64,000 nucleotides of DNA from NCBI GenBank assembly GCA_044228285.1, contig JBGAVD010000006.1:66077-130076 (forward strand), read 5' to 3'. The DNA comes from Chlorobiota bacterium (GTDB lineage Bacteria; Bacteroidota; Ignavibacteria; Kapaibacteriales; NICIL-2). The translations under genes and the position numbers were made by a program. Positions 28,556 to 39,006 of this stretch are shown one piece after another; the first letter of the stretch is position 1, and each line of letters begins with the position of its first letter. The notes under the pieces are model-generated. The model made no database searches and had not been told where the DNA came from. It saw only the letters and a list, made by a program, of their open reading frames with translations.

Positions 28556-28886
28556 CAATGAGTAGTCAACAGAGCTCTGCGCACAGAATCAGGAGTGGAG
28601 TGTATTCGCTCTTGCCATCAATACACAAACAATACGTATAGTTGAGAATATGCACGTATTGCATGGGTCTCTTTTGCTTTTTGAATTTATCGCTCCATAG
28701 ATAATGACATACGACAGTGGTCAGCTTGAGATTGCAGTCACGACGGTGTACTGGTCGAAGAATTAGCATCATTACTCCGCCTTCTATCCACCGCTCTTTT
28801 TTTAAACACCCTCCCTCACTTCGTTCTTCTCGTTCCTCTTTCATGTAGTTTTGCAGGATCTCTATTATTTCTTGGGACGATATTCC

Positions 28887-31154
28887 ATGACACTACGCAT
28901 ATTCTTTCTCGCATTATTCACTTTTATTTCTACATCGATTCACATTCGAGCGACAGAGTTAGGCGTAGTAGAGTCACACGATTCCTTATATCAAGAACTA
29001 ACACACTTGCAGATTGATGCAGAAAAATGTCTGAATGTAAAAGGTCTGAGCATACAACGCGACGCAGGCATCATCACCTTAGATGAGGGCAGCATCGTGT
29101 TTTCAAAGCCTCTCTTTGGACAAGTCTGCTTTGCAGTGTTCATCGGCTCCGGTCGTTTTCAGATGAAACCTCCAACGAATATTGAGCAAGATCAACTGCA
29201 GCGTCTCACTGGCTCACGCACCGTCGACTCGCGAATTAGCTCACTAGTGATGGTGTATTCAGATACTACTTTTCAATCTTTAAGTTCGAACGCACGATTC
29301 ACCACCATCGAAAAACCAGATGCCTACCAGAGTTTATTGAATGAAGGTCTGAAGTATGTGTATAATTCTGAAGATAGAAGCGTTAGCCATAATCTCTTTG
29401 CGAATATTCTTGATGCACGTACGGACGACTATTTCAGTGTGCTCATGAATCGCAGTGATAAAGCGAGCATGCTGTACCTCATTGACCCCTTACGTGCTGA
29501 GCAAGTGTGCTACTATCTTGTTCCGAAGCGAACAACAGACGCCATCAGAGTAGAGCTTGTTTGTCAGTTCTTTCGAGCCGAGGAGTACAAGAAAGGGCCT
29601 GACTTTGCTGCGATCCGCGATCCATTTATGTTGAAGCATTACACGCTTGATTGCAGCATAGCCGCTAATCTTGCCTTCAATGCCAAAGCAAGCGTCGTGC
29701 TCCAGTCTAGAACTTCGGGGCGCCGTTGGGTACACTTCGATATATCAACCGTCCTCCACGTAGATTCAGTGCGTTTAGCGGGCAAGGCTATCGAGTCAAT
29801 AGCCATGAGTGGAGAGTTCTGGATACAATTACCAAAGGCATCTGATCCCAGTATGGAGGTGCCCTTGGAAATTTTTTATCATGGAGACATCTTCTTACGT
29901 CAAGGAGATTTTATATTCATGAAGTTCGGTTCGAATCTCTGGTATCCTCATGTGCAAAGCGGAGGACGTTTCACTTTCGACCTTACCTTTCACACAGCAT
30001 CTACCTTTAAATTCTTGAGCGCAGGCAAACTCGTGGATGATAAAACCGAGGATGGCGTTCGCACATCTCATTGGGTCATCGACCAACCCCAGATACACAC
30101 CTCATTCTCTATCGGCGTTTTTAAGGAGATAAAAATTGAGGAGAAGGGAATTCCAAATGTGAGTGTGATGTATGGTCGCGGGGCAAAGTACTCTGAAGAA
30201 GTTGCGGGCGATTTAAAAACATCACTGTTGTACTATACCAGCTTGTATGGTCCTCCCCCAACGGATCACATTGATGCTGCAGAGATCTACGCTTATCACG
30301 GCCAGGCATTCCCAGGCTTTCTACACTTGTCCTTCATAACATTTCGTACAGGTGAAAACTCCGGAAACCAAGAGTCGTTCGTGGCTCATGAAGTAGCGCA
30401 CCAGTGGTGGGGCGGCGGCCTTGCATGGTCGAACTACCATGATCAATGGATGAGTGAAGCATTCGCTGAATATAGTAGCCTGATGTATATGCAGGCGGTA
30501 TTGAAAGACAACAAGCGTTTCTTTAAACGTCTTGAGGAATACAAGGAGAGTATCGTTAACAACAGAAAGAGCTTTCTAGGCACTGGTCTTGAAGCTGCCC
30601 CTATTTGGTTAGGTAGTCGAACGGTAACGAGTGAGGTCAATGCACAAGATTACACGCTTATTATCTACCGCAAAGGAGCATGGATTATGCACATGCTCAG
30701 AAACCTCATGATGGATTTCGATACCTTCAGTGATAGTACCTACTTGGCAATGATGCAGGATTACTACAAAACCTATAGAGGCAAAGACCCAACCACTGCA
30801 GATTTCAAAGCCATGGTAGACAAGCACATGAAGCAGGACATGAGCTGGTTTTTCAACAATTGGGTATATGGCAGCAAAGTCCCTTCCTACACCTTCGCTT
30901 GGAAAAGTGAAAAGCAGCCAGATGGACAGTACAAAGTGCGCATTCGCATGAAACAACGCGATGTGCCCCCTGAATTCAGCATGATCATGCCCTTAAAGCT
31001 CAATTTTGGCGATAATGGTACGGCAATCCTCAGAACCGTTCTCAGTGGTGAAAGCGCGGAGTTCGATTTACCCCTTTTGCCTTACGATCCAGAGAAGATT
31101 GAATTCAATCCCTACAGTTCCGTGCTTTGCTCTCTCGAAACTGAGCGCTGGTAA
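28887..31154 (+). CDS. M1-family zinc aminopeptidase (gluzincin), exported
   Basis: AHEVAHQWWG, WMSEAFAEY, IYRKGA; signal peptide from ATG 28887. Confidence 0.88.
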   Translation: MTLRIFFLALFTFISTSIHIRATELGVVESHDSLYQELTHLQIDAEKCLNVKGLSIQRDAGIITLDEGSIVFSKPLFGQVCFAVFIGSGRFQMKPPTNIEQDQLQRLTGSRTVDSRISSLVMVYSDTTFQSLSSNARFTTIEKPDAYQSLLNEGLKYVYNSEDRSVSHNLFANILDARTDDYFSVLMNRSDKASMLYLIDPLRAEQVCYYLVPKRTTDAIRVELVCQFFRAEEYKKGPDFAAIRDPFMLKHYTLDCSIAANLAFNAKASVVLQSRTSGRRWVHFDISTVLHVDSVRLAGKAIESIAMSGEFWIQLPKASDPSMEVPLEIFYHGDIFLRQGDFIFMKFGSNLWYPHVQSGGRFTFDLTFHTASTFKFLSAGKLVDDKTEDGVRTSHWVIDQPQIHTSFSIGVFKEIKIEEKGIPNVSVMYGRGAKYSEEVAGDLKTSLLYYTSLYGPPPTDHIDAAEIYAYHGQAFPGFLHLSFITFRTGENSGNQESFVAHEVAHQWWGGGLAWSNYHDQWMSEAFAEYSSLMYMQAVLKDNKRFFKRLEEYKESIVNNRKSFLGTGLEAAPIWLGSRTVTSEVNAQDYTLIIYRKGAWIMHMLRNLMMDFDTFSDSTYLAMMQDYYKTYRGKDPTTADFKAMVDKHMKQDMSWFFNNWVYGSKVPSYTFAWKSEKQPDGQYKVRIRMKQRDVPPEFSMIMPLKLNFGDNGTAILRTVLSGESAEFDLPLLPYDPEKIEFNPYSSVLCSLETERW

Positions 31155-31280
31155 GCTGGTTGTACGCGCGCCGAGCTTCGTATCTTTGTATTCGGCTTGA
31201 AATCAGGTCGCATAATTCCAGGCCCTTACACAAGGACTTGGCGAAGATATTGTCCCTTAGCTACACTACTTAGGTCTCCT

Positions 31281-32153
31281 ATGAAAAGCATGACCGGCTT
31301 CTCCAAAGCCCAAATCAATGAACACGGCATCTCGACGAATGTTGAAATTCGCAGCGTCAACGGACGCTACTTAGAGCTTTCGTGCAAAATGCCAAAAAAC
31401 CTACAGCACAAAGAGTTGGAGCTGCGCGATATGGTGAAGCAAGCTCTTGAACGCGGCTCCGTTTCAGTTTTTGTGAAAGTGGACTCCACCAGCAAAACTG
31501 CATCTGTCGTCAACAGCGAAAAAGCCGCTGCTTACCACGCCTCACTCGAAGCTCTACGCAAGAAGCTGCACATCGACACACCTGTATCGGTTTCTGACCT
31601 CTTGAGTATACCAGACGTCATGGGTCAGGATGAAGAAGACGATAAAGAAGCGGAAATGCAGTGGAAGATTGTTGCGAAAGCACTCAAAGCTGCGTTAACC
31701 GCTCTCGATACCATGCGCAAGAATGAAGGCAAAGAGATCATCAAGGACATGCGTGCTCGCATGAAAACAATTGAAACAACCCTCGACACCATCGAGGAAA
31801 CAGGTATGAAGCGCATTCCTGAAGAACGCGAACGTCTTCGTGCTCGCGTTGCTCAATTGTTTGAAGCAGATGAGATCGACGAGCAACGTCTTCAACTCGA
31901 GATCGTATTACTAGCTGATAAGCTCGACATCTCAGAAGAATGCGTACGCCTTCGTTCACACATCAAGTTCATGAACGACGCCTTCCGCACGGGCGAGGGT
32001 AATGGACGTCAAATGAACTTTATGCTCCAAGAAATGAATCGTGAAGTCAACACCATTGGCTCCAAAGCAAACGATGCGAACATTGCTCGCATGGTAGTTG
32101 GAGTAAAAGACGAACTCGAACGTATTCGCGAACAAGTACAGAATGTAGAGTAG
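31281..32153 (+). CDS. yicC: YicC/YloC-family endoribonuclease
   Basis: MKSMTGF, EIRSVNGRYLE, DISEECVRL, QEMNREVNTIGSK, REQVQNVE; adjacent to gmk. Confidence 0.95.
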   Translation: MKSMTGFSKAQINEHGISTNVEIRSVNGRYLELSCKMPKNLQHKELELRDMVKQALERGSVSVFVKVDSTSKTASVVNSEKAAAYHASLEALRKKLHIDTPVSVSDLLSIPDVMGQDEEDDKEAEMQWKIVAKALKAALTALDTMRKNEGKEIIKDMRARMKTIETTLDTIEETGMKRIPEERERLRARVAQLFEADEIDEQRLQLEIVLLADKLDISEECVRLRSHIKFMNDAFRTGEGNGRQMNFMLQEMNREVNTIGSKANDANIARMVVGVKDELERIREQVQNVE

Positions 32154-32359
32154 TCTCTAATCTCTGTAGCCCTGAACTTCGAAGCCTTGTCTGTACCCAG
32201 GCAAGGCTTCCTGCAATACAGTTGACTCTATGAAAATAGATCTGCCAGAGTCTTCTTCTTCACCCGCAGGCTTCGCCTGCGCTTCACTCCTCAGATCCTT
32301 GCATCTGATATCGGCATCATAGAGAAAGCTCTTAGAAAGCACTTAGTCAGCACACATTC

Positions 32360-32950
32360 TTGAACCCGACGAAACCGAAGGAAAGCCTAGTTGTGAAGAA
32401 GCACTTAATCGTTCTCTCCGCGCCTTCTGGTGCCGGTAAAACTACCGTCGCCCGACACCTCCTGCGAACATTCCCAAGCTGGCGCTTTTCCGTGTCGGCC
32501 ACCACCCGCAGCATGCGCCCAGGTGAAGTTCACGGAAAAGACTACTTCTTTTTAAGCAGAGAAGAATTCGTACACCGAGTTGGTTCTGGCGACATGATAG
32601 AGTACGAAGAGATCTTCGGAAACCTCTACGGCACCCTGCGCTCAGAGGTCCAACGCAGCATCGATTCCGGACAAACCATTCTGTTTGACGTAGACGTAAA
32701 AGGAGCAATCTCACTGCGCCACGCATTTCCAGACGATACCCTTCTCATCTTCATAGCCCCACCAAACCAAGAAGTTCTTGAACAGCGCCTACGCTCTCGC
32801 AGCACAGAAAGCGAAGAACAACTCTCGCTCCGTCTAGAACGCGCCGAAATGGAAATGTCACTCCTCCATGAATTCGACGTCAGCATCATCAACGATGACC
32901 TACACGAAACACTAACAAAAGCCGAAGACGCAGTCCGAGGTTTCTACTAA
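32360..32950 (+). CDS. gmk: Guanylate kinase
   Basis: SAPSGAGKTT, SVSATTR..RPGE..GKDYFF, YGT, DVDVKGA. The start may be GTG 32393. Confidence 0.96.
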   Translation: MNPTKPKESLVVKKHLIVLSAPSGAGKTTVARHLLRTFPSWRFSVSATTRSMRPGEVHGKDYFFLSREEFVHRVGSGDMIEYEEIFGNLYGTLRSEVQRSIDSGQTILFDVDVKGAISLRHAFPDDTLLIFIAPPNQEVLEQRLRSRSTESEEQLSLRLERAEMEMSLLHEFDVSIINDDLHETLTKAEDAVRGFY

Positions 32951-33000
32951 GCATTTGCTCGCATTGCTACGGCATCTATGTTAAGTCGCTAGTGCAGAAA

Positions 33001-33650
33001 GCGCAAACAAAAACAAAGCCCCAAAGGGGCGCATTATCTCAGGGCAGCTCACCGCAAAGCGGTGGGCTGTCGTGCGTAATGTGCAAACAAAAGAGAAGCC
33101 CCAAAGGGGCGCATTATCTCAGGGCAGCTCACCGCAAAGCGGTGGGCTGTCGTGCGTAATGTGCAAACAAAAGAGAAGCCCCGATGGGGCGCATTATCTC
33201 AGGGCAGTCCCGAGCAACGCTCGGGGTTGTCATACCCAAAGCGTAGAAAACAGAAAAGCCCCGAAGGGGCGCATTATCTCAGGGCAGTCCCGAGCAACGC
33301 TCGGGACTGCTACACTCGTAACGCTGGCTGTCGCACGTATAGCGCAAACAAACGAAAAGCCCCGAAGGGGCGCTTTAACTCAGGGCAGCTCACCGCAACG
33401 CGGTGGGCTGTCGTGCGTAATGCGCAAACAAACGAGAAGCCCCAAAGGGGCGTATTAACTCAGGGCAGTCCCGAGCAACGCTCGGGGCTGTCATACGCAA
33501 AGCGTAGAAAACAGAAAAGCCCCGAAGGGGCGCATTATCTCAGGGCAGCTCACCGCAACGCGGTGGGCTGTCGTGCAAGCAGCGCATAGATACGAAAAGC
33601 CCCGAAGGGGCGCATTATCTCAGGGCAGTCCCGAGCAACGCTCGGGGCTG
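33001..33650 (+). repeat. Head-to-tail array of eight ~80-bp multi-hairpin REP-like units
   Basis: AAGCCCC(G/A)A(A/T)GGGGCG starts at 33017, 33097, 33177, 33257, 33358, 33438, 33518 and 33598. Each is followed by the linker ATTATCTCAGGG and a second hairpin in two alleles. Confidence 0.92.
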
Positions 33651-34870
33651 TTGTACTAAAGACGACAGCTGTCGTTCTGAATCCACGGCTATTGCTCCAA
33701 AAGACAAGGGCTGTCCAACTATAAACAATGGCCGTTATACAATCGACGAGCGCTGTCGTTCTGAATCCACGGCTGTTGCACCATACGAGGGCTGTCGTAA
33801 TATAAAACGTGGGCTGTCCAACTATAAACAATGACCGTTATACAATAGACGAGCGCTGTCGTTCTGAATCCACGGCTGTTGTACCATACGAGGGCTGTCG
33901 TAATATAAAACGTGGGCTGTCCAACTATAAACAATGGCCGTTATACTATAGACGAGCGCTGTCGATCTGAATCCACGGCTGTTGTACCATACGAGGGCTG
34001 TCGTAATATAAAACGTGGGCTGTCCAACTATAAACAATGACCGTTATACAATAGACGAGGACTGTCGTTCTAAATCCACGGATGTTGTATTCAACGTGGG
34101 CTGTCCAACTGTAAACGATGGTCGTTAAACAATAGACGAGGACCGTCATTCTGAATCCACGGATGTTGTATTAAACGTGGCCTGTCCAACTGTAAACGAT
34201 GGCCATTATACAATAGACGAGGACTGTCCTTCTAAATCCACGGATGTTGTATTAAACGTGGGCTGTCCAACTTCAAACGATGGCCGTTATACAATAGACG
34301 AGGATTGTCGTTCTGAATCCACGGATGTTGTATTAAACGTGAGCTGTCCAACTGTAAACGATGGCCATTATACAATAGACGAGGACTGTCGTTCTAAATC
34401 CACGGATGTTGTATTCAACGTGGGCTGTCCAACTATAAACAATGGCCATTATACAATAGACGAGCGCTGTCGTTCTGAATCGACGGCTGTTGTACCATAC
34501 GAGGGCTGTCGTAACATAAGACAAGGGCTGTCCAACTATAAACAATGGCCGTTATACAATAGACGAGCGCTGTCGTTCTGAATCCACGGCTGTTGTACCA
34601 TACGAGGGCTGTCGTAACATAAATCAAGGGCTGTCCAACTATAAACGAGGGCCGTTATACAATAAACGAGGACTGTCGTTCTGAAACCACGGATGTTGTA
34701 TTAAACAAGGACTGTCCAACTATAAACGATGGCCTTTATACAATCGACGATGGCTCTCGTACTGAAACCGAGGACTGGCTATGCTACATCGACGGCCGTT
34801 ATACTGTATCCATAACTGTTATACGCGAGGGCTGGTTACACCAATAACGCTGGCTGTCGAACTAACCGAG
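33651..34870. repeat. Higher-order tandem repeat of 103-bp and 81-bp units built from ~21-bp modules
   Basis: CTGTCGTTCT(G/A)AATCCACGG-like anchors at 33669, 33753, 33856, 33959, 34062, 34143, 34224, 34305, 34386, 34467, 34570, 34673 and 34754 (gaps 84,103,103,103,81,81,81,81,81,103,103,81), decaying to ~34870. Confidence 0.92.
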
Positions 34871-34924
34871 CACCAATAACAATCCCAACATCAAAAATCC
34901 AAAACCTCCCCAACAAATCTCACC

Positions 34925-37225
34925 CTACATCACCCTCATCCCCTGCACCTGCGGTGCAAAGGTCGAACCCTGTGCCAATCGCTTCCACACACCTTCCAAC
35001 TCACGAATAACCTCTTCGCGGTTCTGCATAAGAGCATGTTCCACCCCTCTACTGAGCTGCTCACGGAATTGCAACAGAATAAGCGACGAGGCCAATTGTG
35101 GTGAGAGCGCATTGCGCAACTCTCGAAGCTCAGGTACTAATCGATCAACAAAGCCATCAAGGGCAGACTGTTCCTGTTCCTTGCGGTGTTCAAGGAGGAT
35201 GAATGGCTGGAGCGACTTCTCGAGCAGCGATAACTCGCTCTGCGCTGGAACGAGGCGCGCAAAGATGAGACCCAACTCATCTTGCATCTCCCGTGTATCA
35301 TCAAACACTTCCACCCGCTGCTCATCGGTGCGATGTGCCTTGGCTCGCGAGTGTAAGTTCTTCATCCTGTCTTTCTGCAATTGAATAAACTCGCGAAGCT
35401 CTGCAATACGCTCCTGAGCTACTTCAACATGGACTTGGGAATGCTGTACTTCGTCGAGCACCGTATTGCGACGACGCTGCATCAGTCTATCAGCAATACT
35501 CTGCGTGTTACTGATCTGCACTTCGCTTTGGGTTTTTACAATGCTGTCGAGCGCTGCGCGCGAGGCTTGTAATGAGCGCACTGTGTCAGGACACATATAC
35601 TCCAACATGGTGCGCTGGGTAGCATCGCACTCAAACCAGAAACGACGACCCTTTATCTGCGCATCACGAAGCATGGCCTCAATCCAACCGCTGGCAACAG
35701 CTGTGGAGCTATGCTTTGATAACAAACTACGTTCGTCTTCAACTGTCGTCCACCAATCACGGAATACTGCGCGCGCCTGACGTGGACTGAGCACGGAGTC
35801 CCGACTCAACGCCGACACAAACTCCTCACGAAGCTGTGGCAATGAGGTTTCCGGCATAAGAAGCAGCGGCGACACCGCGCTCCACCATGCAGCAAAAGCA
35901 TAGTGCGTACGAATCTCTGCATTCTTCAGCGTCGGTGCGGACGACACCGCTACGCGTACAAGAGCGTGGTCATGAAAGGTAGGCCGAAAGAAATCATTGC
36001 GCTTGCTCTTCTGGAAGAACGAGTGAATGTCCAAGCCGCGCTGAATCATCTGCGAGTCTAGCTCAACAAACTGTGTTGTGCTTAGAGCTCCAGGATAACT
36101 GTCGCGCTGGTATGCAAAGAGAGGCGCTGTTGTGCGCATCCCTGGCAGTACACGGGAGGAGCTAAGGATGTCGCTGCGATGCAACACTCGACAATGATTG
36201 CCGTTGTTCGCAAACTGATCTCGCGCTTCAATGATGCTTTCTATGCTGAGTCCGTCGAGGCTCGGACCATCCTGCGCGTCCATGTGGTCATAAAACAACA
36301 CACGGTGACGTCGCTCTACACTCTTGCGACCACGAAGTATCATGATATGCCAGGTTGGACGTAGATGTCCGTGCAGACTAATCACACTATCCAACACATC
36401 TCGCTCTAGGAGTAAGGACATGTCGGCACGACGTAACTGTTGCACTACCTCATCGGTCATGAGGACAGCCGCCACACTATGCTCAGCCATACATCGAAGA
36501 ATACCTGAGAACGACGGCGGAGCATCTCGCCGCTCCACAAAAATGCGATCAAACAAACGAGCAGTTTTATGCGCTTCAAAGGCACGTCCCCACTCTTGGA
36601 ACTCAAGCTGCAAATCACAGAGTACTGCAAGCAAACTGGTTAAGCGCAATGCAAAGGGATCAGCATCCTCCGCTCGTAATCGAATCTTACGAGGTAGAAC
36701 ACTCATGTGCTGTTCTTCCGTGACGCTTCTCTGCGCTACTGCAGCACGCAATCCACTACCGCAGCCCACATCCAGAACCGAGGCTCCAGCGTTAAGCGGA
36801 ATGAGCGCAGGAAAGAGTGTTGCAAGAAAAGAGGATTCTCGAAGGTCGGCATGCTGGAGCACAAAGGCTTCTGCTGCACGAGCAACTAATGCTTGGTCAT
36901 CACAACGCAGAGTATGCAGAGCACTGAGTACGGATCGAACAACGCCAGGCTCAATGCGGTGTCCGGCAGGGTCACGCTCAAACGAAACATCAGCACTCAA
37001 GCCTTGGAGCAAAGGGTTAGTGCGCTCAGCAGCACGTAAGGCATTGTGCAAATTCGAGGCAAGTGCGCTGAGCGATTGTTGTGCGGGAGGAAGCAGGCGA
37101 GCTCGTTGCAGACACAACAGAGCAAGGATGTGCGAGCGAAAGTCGACACCATGCGCAGCTTCGCCTAGCATTTCTAAAGCTGCGTTACATTCTCGGAGAA
37201 TATCGGTTGGTGTTGACACACTCAT
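34925..37225 (-). CDS. Divergent type I R-M HsdM-like protein with SAM motif I but no recognisable NPPF/Y motif; coiled-coil C-terminus
   Basis: HsdM_N-like ILALLCLQR..ERTNPLLQGL..F; VLDVGCGSG; FDRIFVE where FD.V..NPPF is expected; LLERDVLDSVISL; RVLFYD; heptad-rich region at ~560-700. Confidence 0.6.
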   Translation of the reverse strand: MSVSTPTDILRECNAALEMLGEAAHGVDFRSHILALLCLQRARLLPPAQQSLSALASNLHNALRAAERTNPLLQGLSADVSFERDPAGHRIEPGVVRSVLSALHTLRCDDQALVARAAEAFVLQHADLRESSFLATLFPALIPLNAGASVLDVGCGSGLRAAVAQRSVTEEQHMSVLPRKIRLRAEDADPFALRLTSLLAVLCDLQLEFQEWGRAFEAHKTARLFDRIFVERRDAPPSFSGILRCMAEHSVAAVLMTDEVVQQLRRADMSLLLERDVLDSVISLHGHLRPTWHIMILRGRKSVERRHRVLFYDHMDAQDGPSLDGLSIESIIEARDQFANNGNHCRVLHRSDILSSSRVLPGMRTTAPLFAYQRDSYPGALSTTQFVELDSQMIQRGLDIHSFFQKSKRNDFFRPTFHDHALVRVAVSSAPTLKNAEIRTHYAFAAWWSAVSPLLLMPETSLPQLREEFVSALSRDSVLSPRQARAVFRDWWTTVEDERSLLSKHSSTAVASGWIEAMLRDAQIKGRRFWFECDATQRTMLEYMCPDTVRSLQASRAALDSIVKTQSEVQISNTQSIADRLMQRRRNTVLDEVQHSQVHVEVAQERIAELREFIQLQKDRMKNLHSRAKAHRTDEQRVEVFDDTREMQDELGLIFARLVPAQSELSLLEKSLQPFILLEHRKEQEQSALDGFVDRLVPELRELRNALSPQLASSLILLQFREQLSRGVEHALMQNREEVIRELEGVWKRLAQGSTFAPQVQGMRVM

Positions 37226-37699
37226 GGTTCTGCTGCTGCGATGAAATCGTCGTGTTATGACTCAACTGCGTATGCATCCATGCTCCCCCTATTGCAGGGA
37301 TCCGTCCTGAACTGCAAGATAAAACAAAAGTCGAGTGCCAGACCTGCGCAGAACTACCGATGCCTGCTTCTAGGACGCTATTTGAGGAGATTCAGGTCTC
37401 TCTGATCCGAGCTGCAAGTCAGAAAGCCTGCTCCGACAGCCCACTACAAAGCACGAAGAGGGGCAATGGCAACGAACGAACTGAGCGCTTGCGCGACCAG
37501 ACGGCCAACTCAACTGGTCAGCGCTGACTGTAGCTGTTCGGGGATCTCAGCCGAAAAATCCGTAGTTCTGCCTACTCTATTCCCCTGCCAAACGTCCGAT
37601 ACTTGCACAAACGCTCAGCGTCGCCGACGTATTTTTGTGCGCTGTCGGTTTAGCAGCACTTTTCATCCCTTCTGACCAAAATCGAAATCAGTCCATAGA

Positions 37700-38752
37700 A
37701 TGCATCAAAACGCTTCAATATTCATAGCCGGTCACCGAGGTATGGTGGGCAGTGCAATTCTTCGCAGACTCAGTGCTGAAGGATATAGCTCTCTCATGAC
37801 AGCGTCACGTCAAGAGCTCAACCTCATCGACCAACAGGCATGTCTGAATTTCTTCCGCACACACAAACCTGAATATGTCTTCTTAGCGGCAGCGCGAGTT
37901 GGAGGTATTCATGCGAACAATACGTTTCGAGCAGAGTTCTTTTATGAGAACCTGATGATTGCAGCGAATGTGATCGAAGCGGCGCATCAAGTTGGCTGTA
38001 CGAAACTCATCAACTTAGGGTCGTCGTGCATTTATCCCAAGCTTGCCGAGCAGCCCTTACAAGAATCATCGCTCTTAACAGGCGCCCTGGAATCAACCAA
38101 TGAACCTTATGCCGTAGCAAAAATTGCAGCGGTGAAGATGTGTCGGTATTACAAAGAGCAGTACGGCAGCGAGTTTCTCTCGCTCATGCCAACAAACCTC
38201 TATGGTCCGAACGACAACTACAACCTCGAAAGCTCTCACGTTCTACCCGCACTCATCCGAAAGTTCACGCTCGCACAGTACTTGCGCTCACAACGCTATG
38301 ATCGTATACGCGCAAACTTGCAAGCAGAGGATTTAGGATTTGGATGCGATCGCAGCCAGGAGTGGTCGGATAATGAACTGAAGGACTTACTCGCAGCGCG
38401 CGGCATTCACGCCGACCAGGTTTCGCTCTGGGGCAGCGGTGCCGTGTATCGTGAGTTCTTGCATGCAGATGATGTTGCCGATGCAGCGCTCTTCTTTATG
38501 AAGTCGATCTCGGCCCACGATGCTGGTGAAATCGTCAACATCGGCACCGGTAAAGACGGCACCATCCGCGAACTCGCCAGCATGATTGCTAGCCTCGTCG
38601 GCTACGATGGTTCCATCAGCTTCGACCCTTCGCAACCCGATGGCACCCCACGCAAGTTGCTCGACGTCTCCAAAGCCAATAGCCTTGGATGGAAAGCAAA
38701 AATCTCATTAGAGCAAGGTCTGCACTCGGTGATCTCTGCCTACATGGCCTAG
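37700..38752 (+). CDS. fcl: GDP-L-fucose synthase
   Basis: [63 protein letters not shown]. Confidence 0.96.
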   Translation: MHQNASIFIAGHRGMVGSAILRRLSAEGYSSLMTASRQELNLIDQQACLNFFRTHKPEYVFLAAARVGGIHANNTFRAEFFYENLMIAANVIEAAHQVGCTKLINLGSSCIYPKLAEQPLQESSLLTGALESTNEPYAVAKIAAVKMCRYYKEQYGSEFLSLMPTNLYGPNDNYNLESSHVLPALIRKFTLAQYLRSQRYDRIRANLQAEDLGFGCDRSQEWSDNELKDLLAARGIHADQVSLWGSGAVYREFLHADDVADAALFFMKSISAHDAGEIVNIGTGKDGTIRELASMIASLVGYDGSISFDPSQPDGTPRKLLDVSKANSLGWKAKISLEQGLHSVISAYMA

Positions 38753-39006
38753 TCACACACTCGCGCCAAGCCGGTTGCTGTCATCTCGCACAGTCATCTC
38801 ACAAGTCTTCATCTTCAAGCTCCGCACTTCGTGCTCCGACGGTTCTTCGCAGTCGAGCGATGAACTGTACGGCTTGAGGATACACCAACATTGTAGCTAC
38901 AATCATAACCTGCACGCGAGTAGAAGCATTTCTCGGCAAATAGTGCAAGCCTACGTTTGTAAGGGTTCTCAAAAGCTAAGCGTAGGTCTGAGACGCATTA
39001 AAACGA

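Noticed and set aside
32178-32280. Two hairpins between yicC and gmk
   Set aside because: No U-tract and no recognisable RNA family; probably generic mRNA structure.
33072-34627. Repeat-protein ORFs (e.g. 34177-34581, 33152-33589)
   Set aside because: The 80- and 103-bp periods break frame. The ORFs are by-products of the repeats, and the 27-aa periodic ORF exists only where 81-bp units run.
33001-34870. CRISPR array
   Set aside because: The sequences between conserved parts are themselves repeated rather than unique spacers, unit structure does not fit, and no cas genes are present.
36324-37244. 306-aa plus-strand ORF
   Set aside because: Ser/Arg/Ala-rich antisense shadow of the HsdM-like gene with no motifs.
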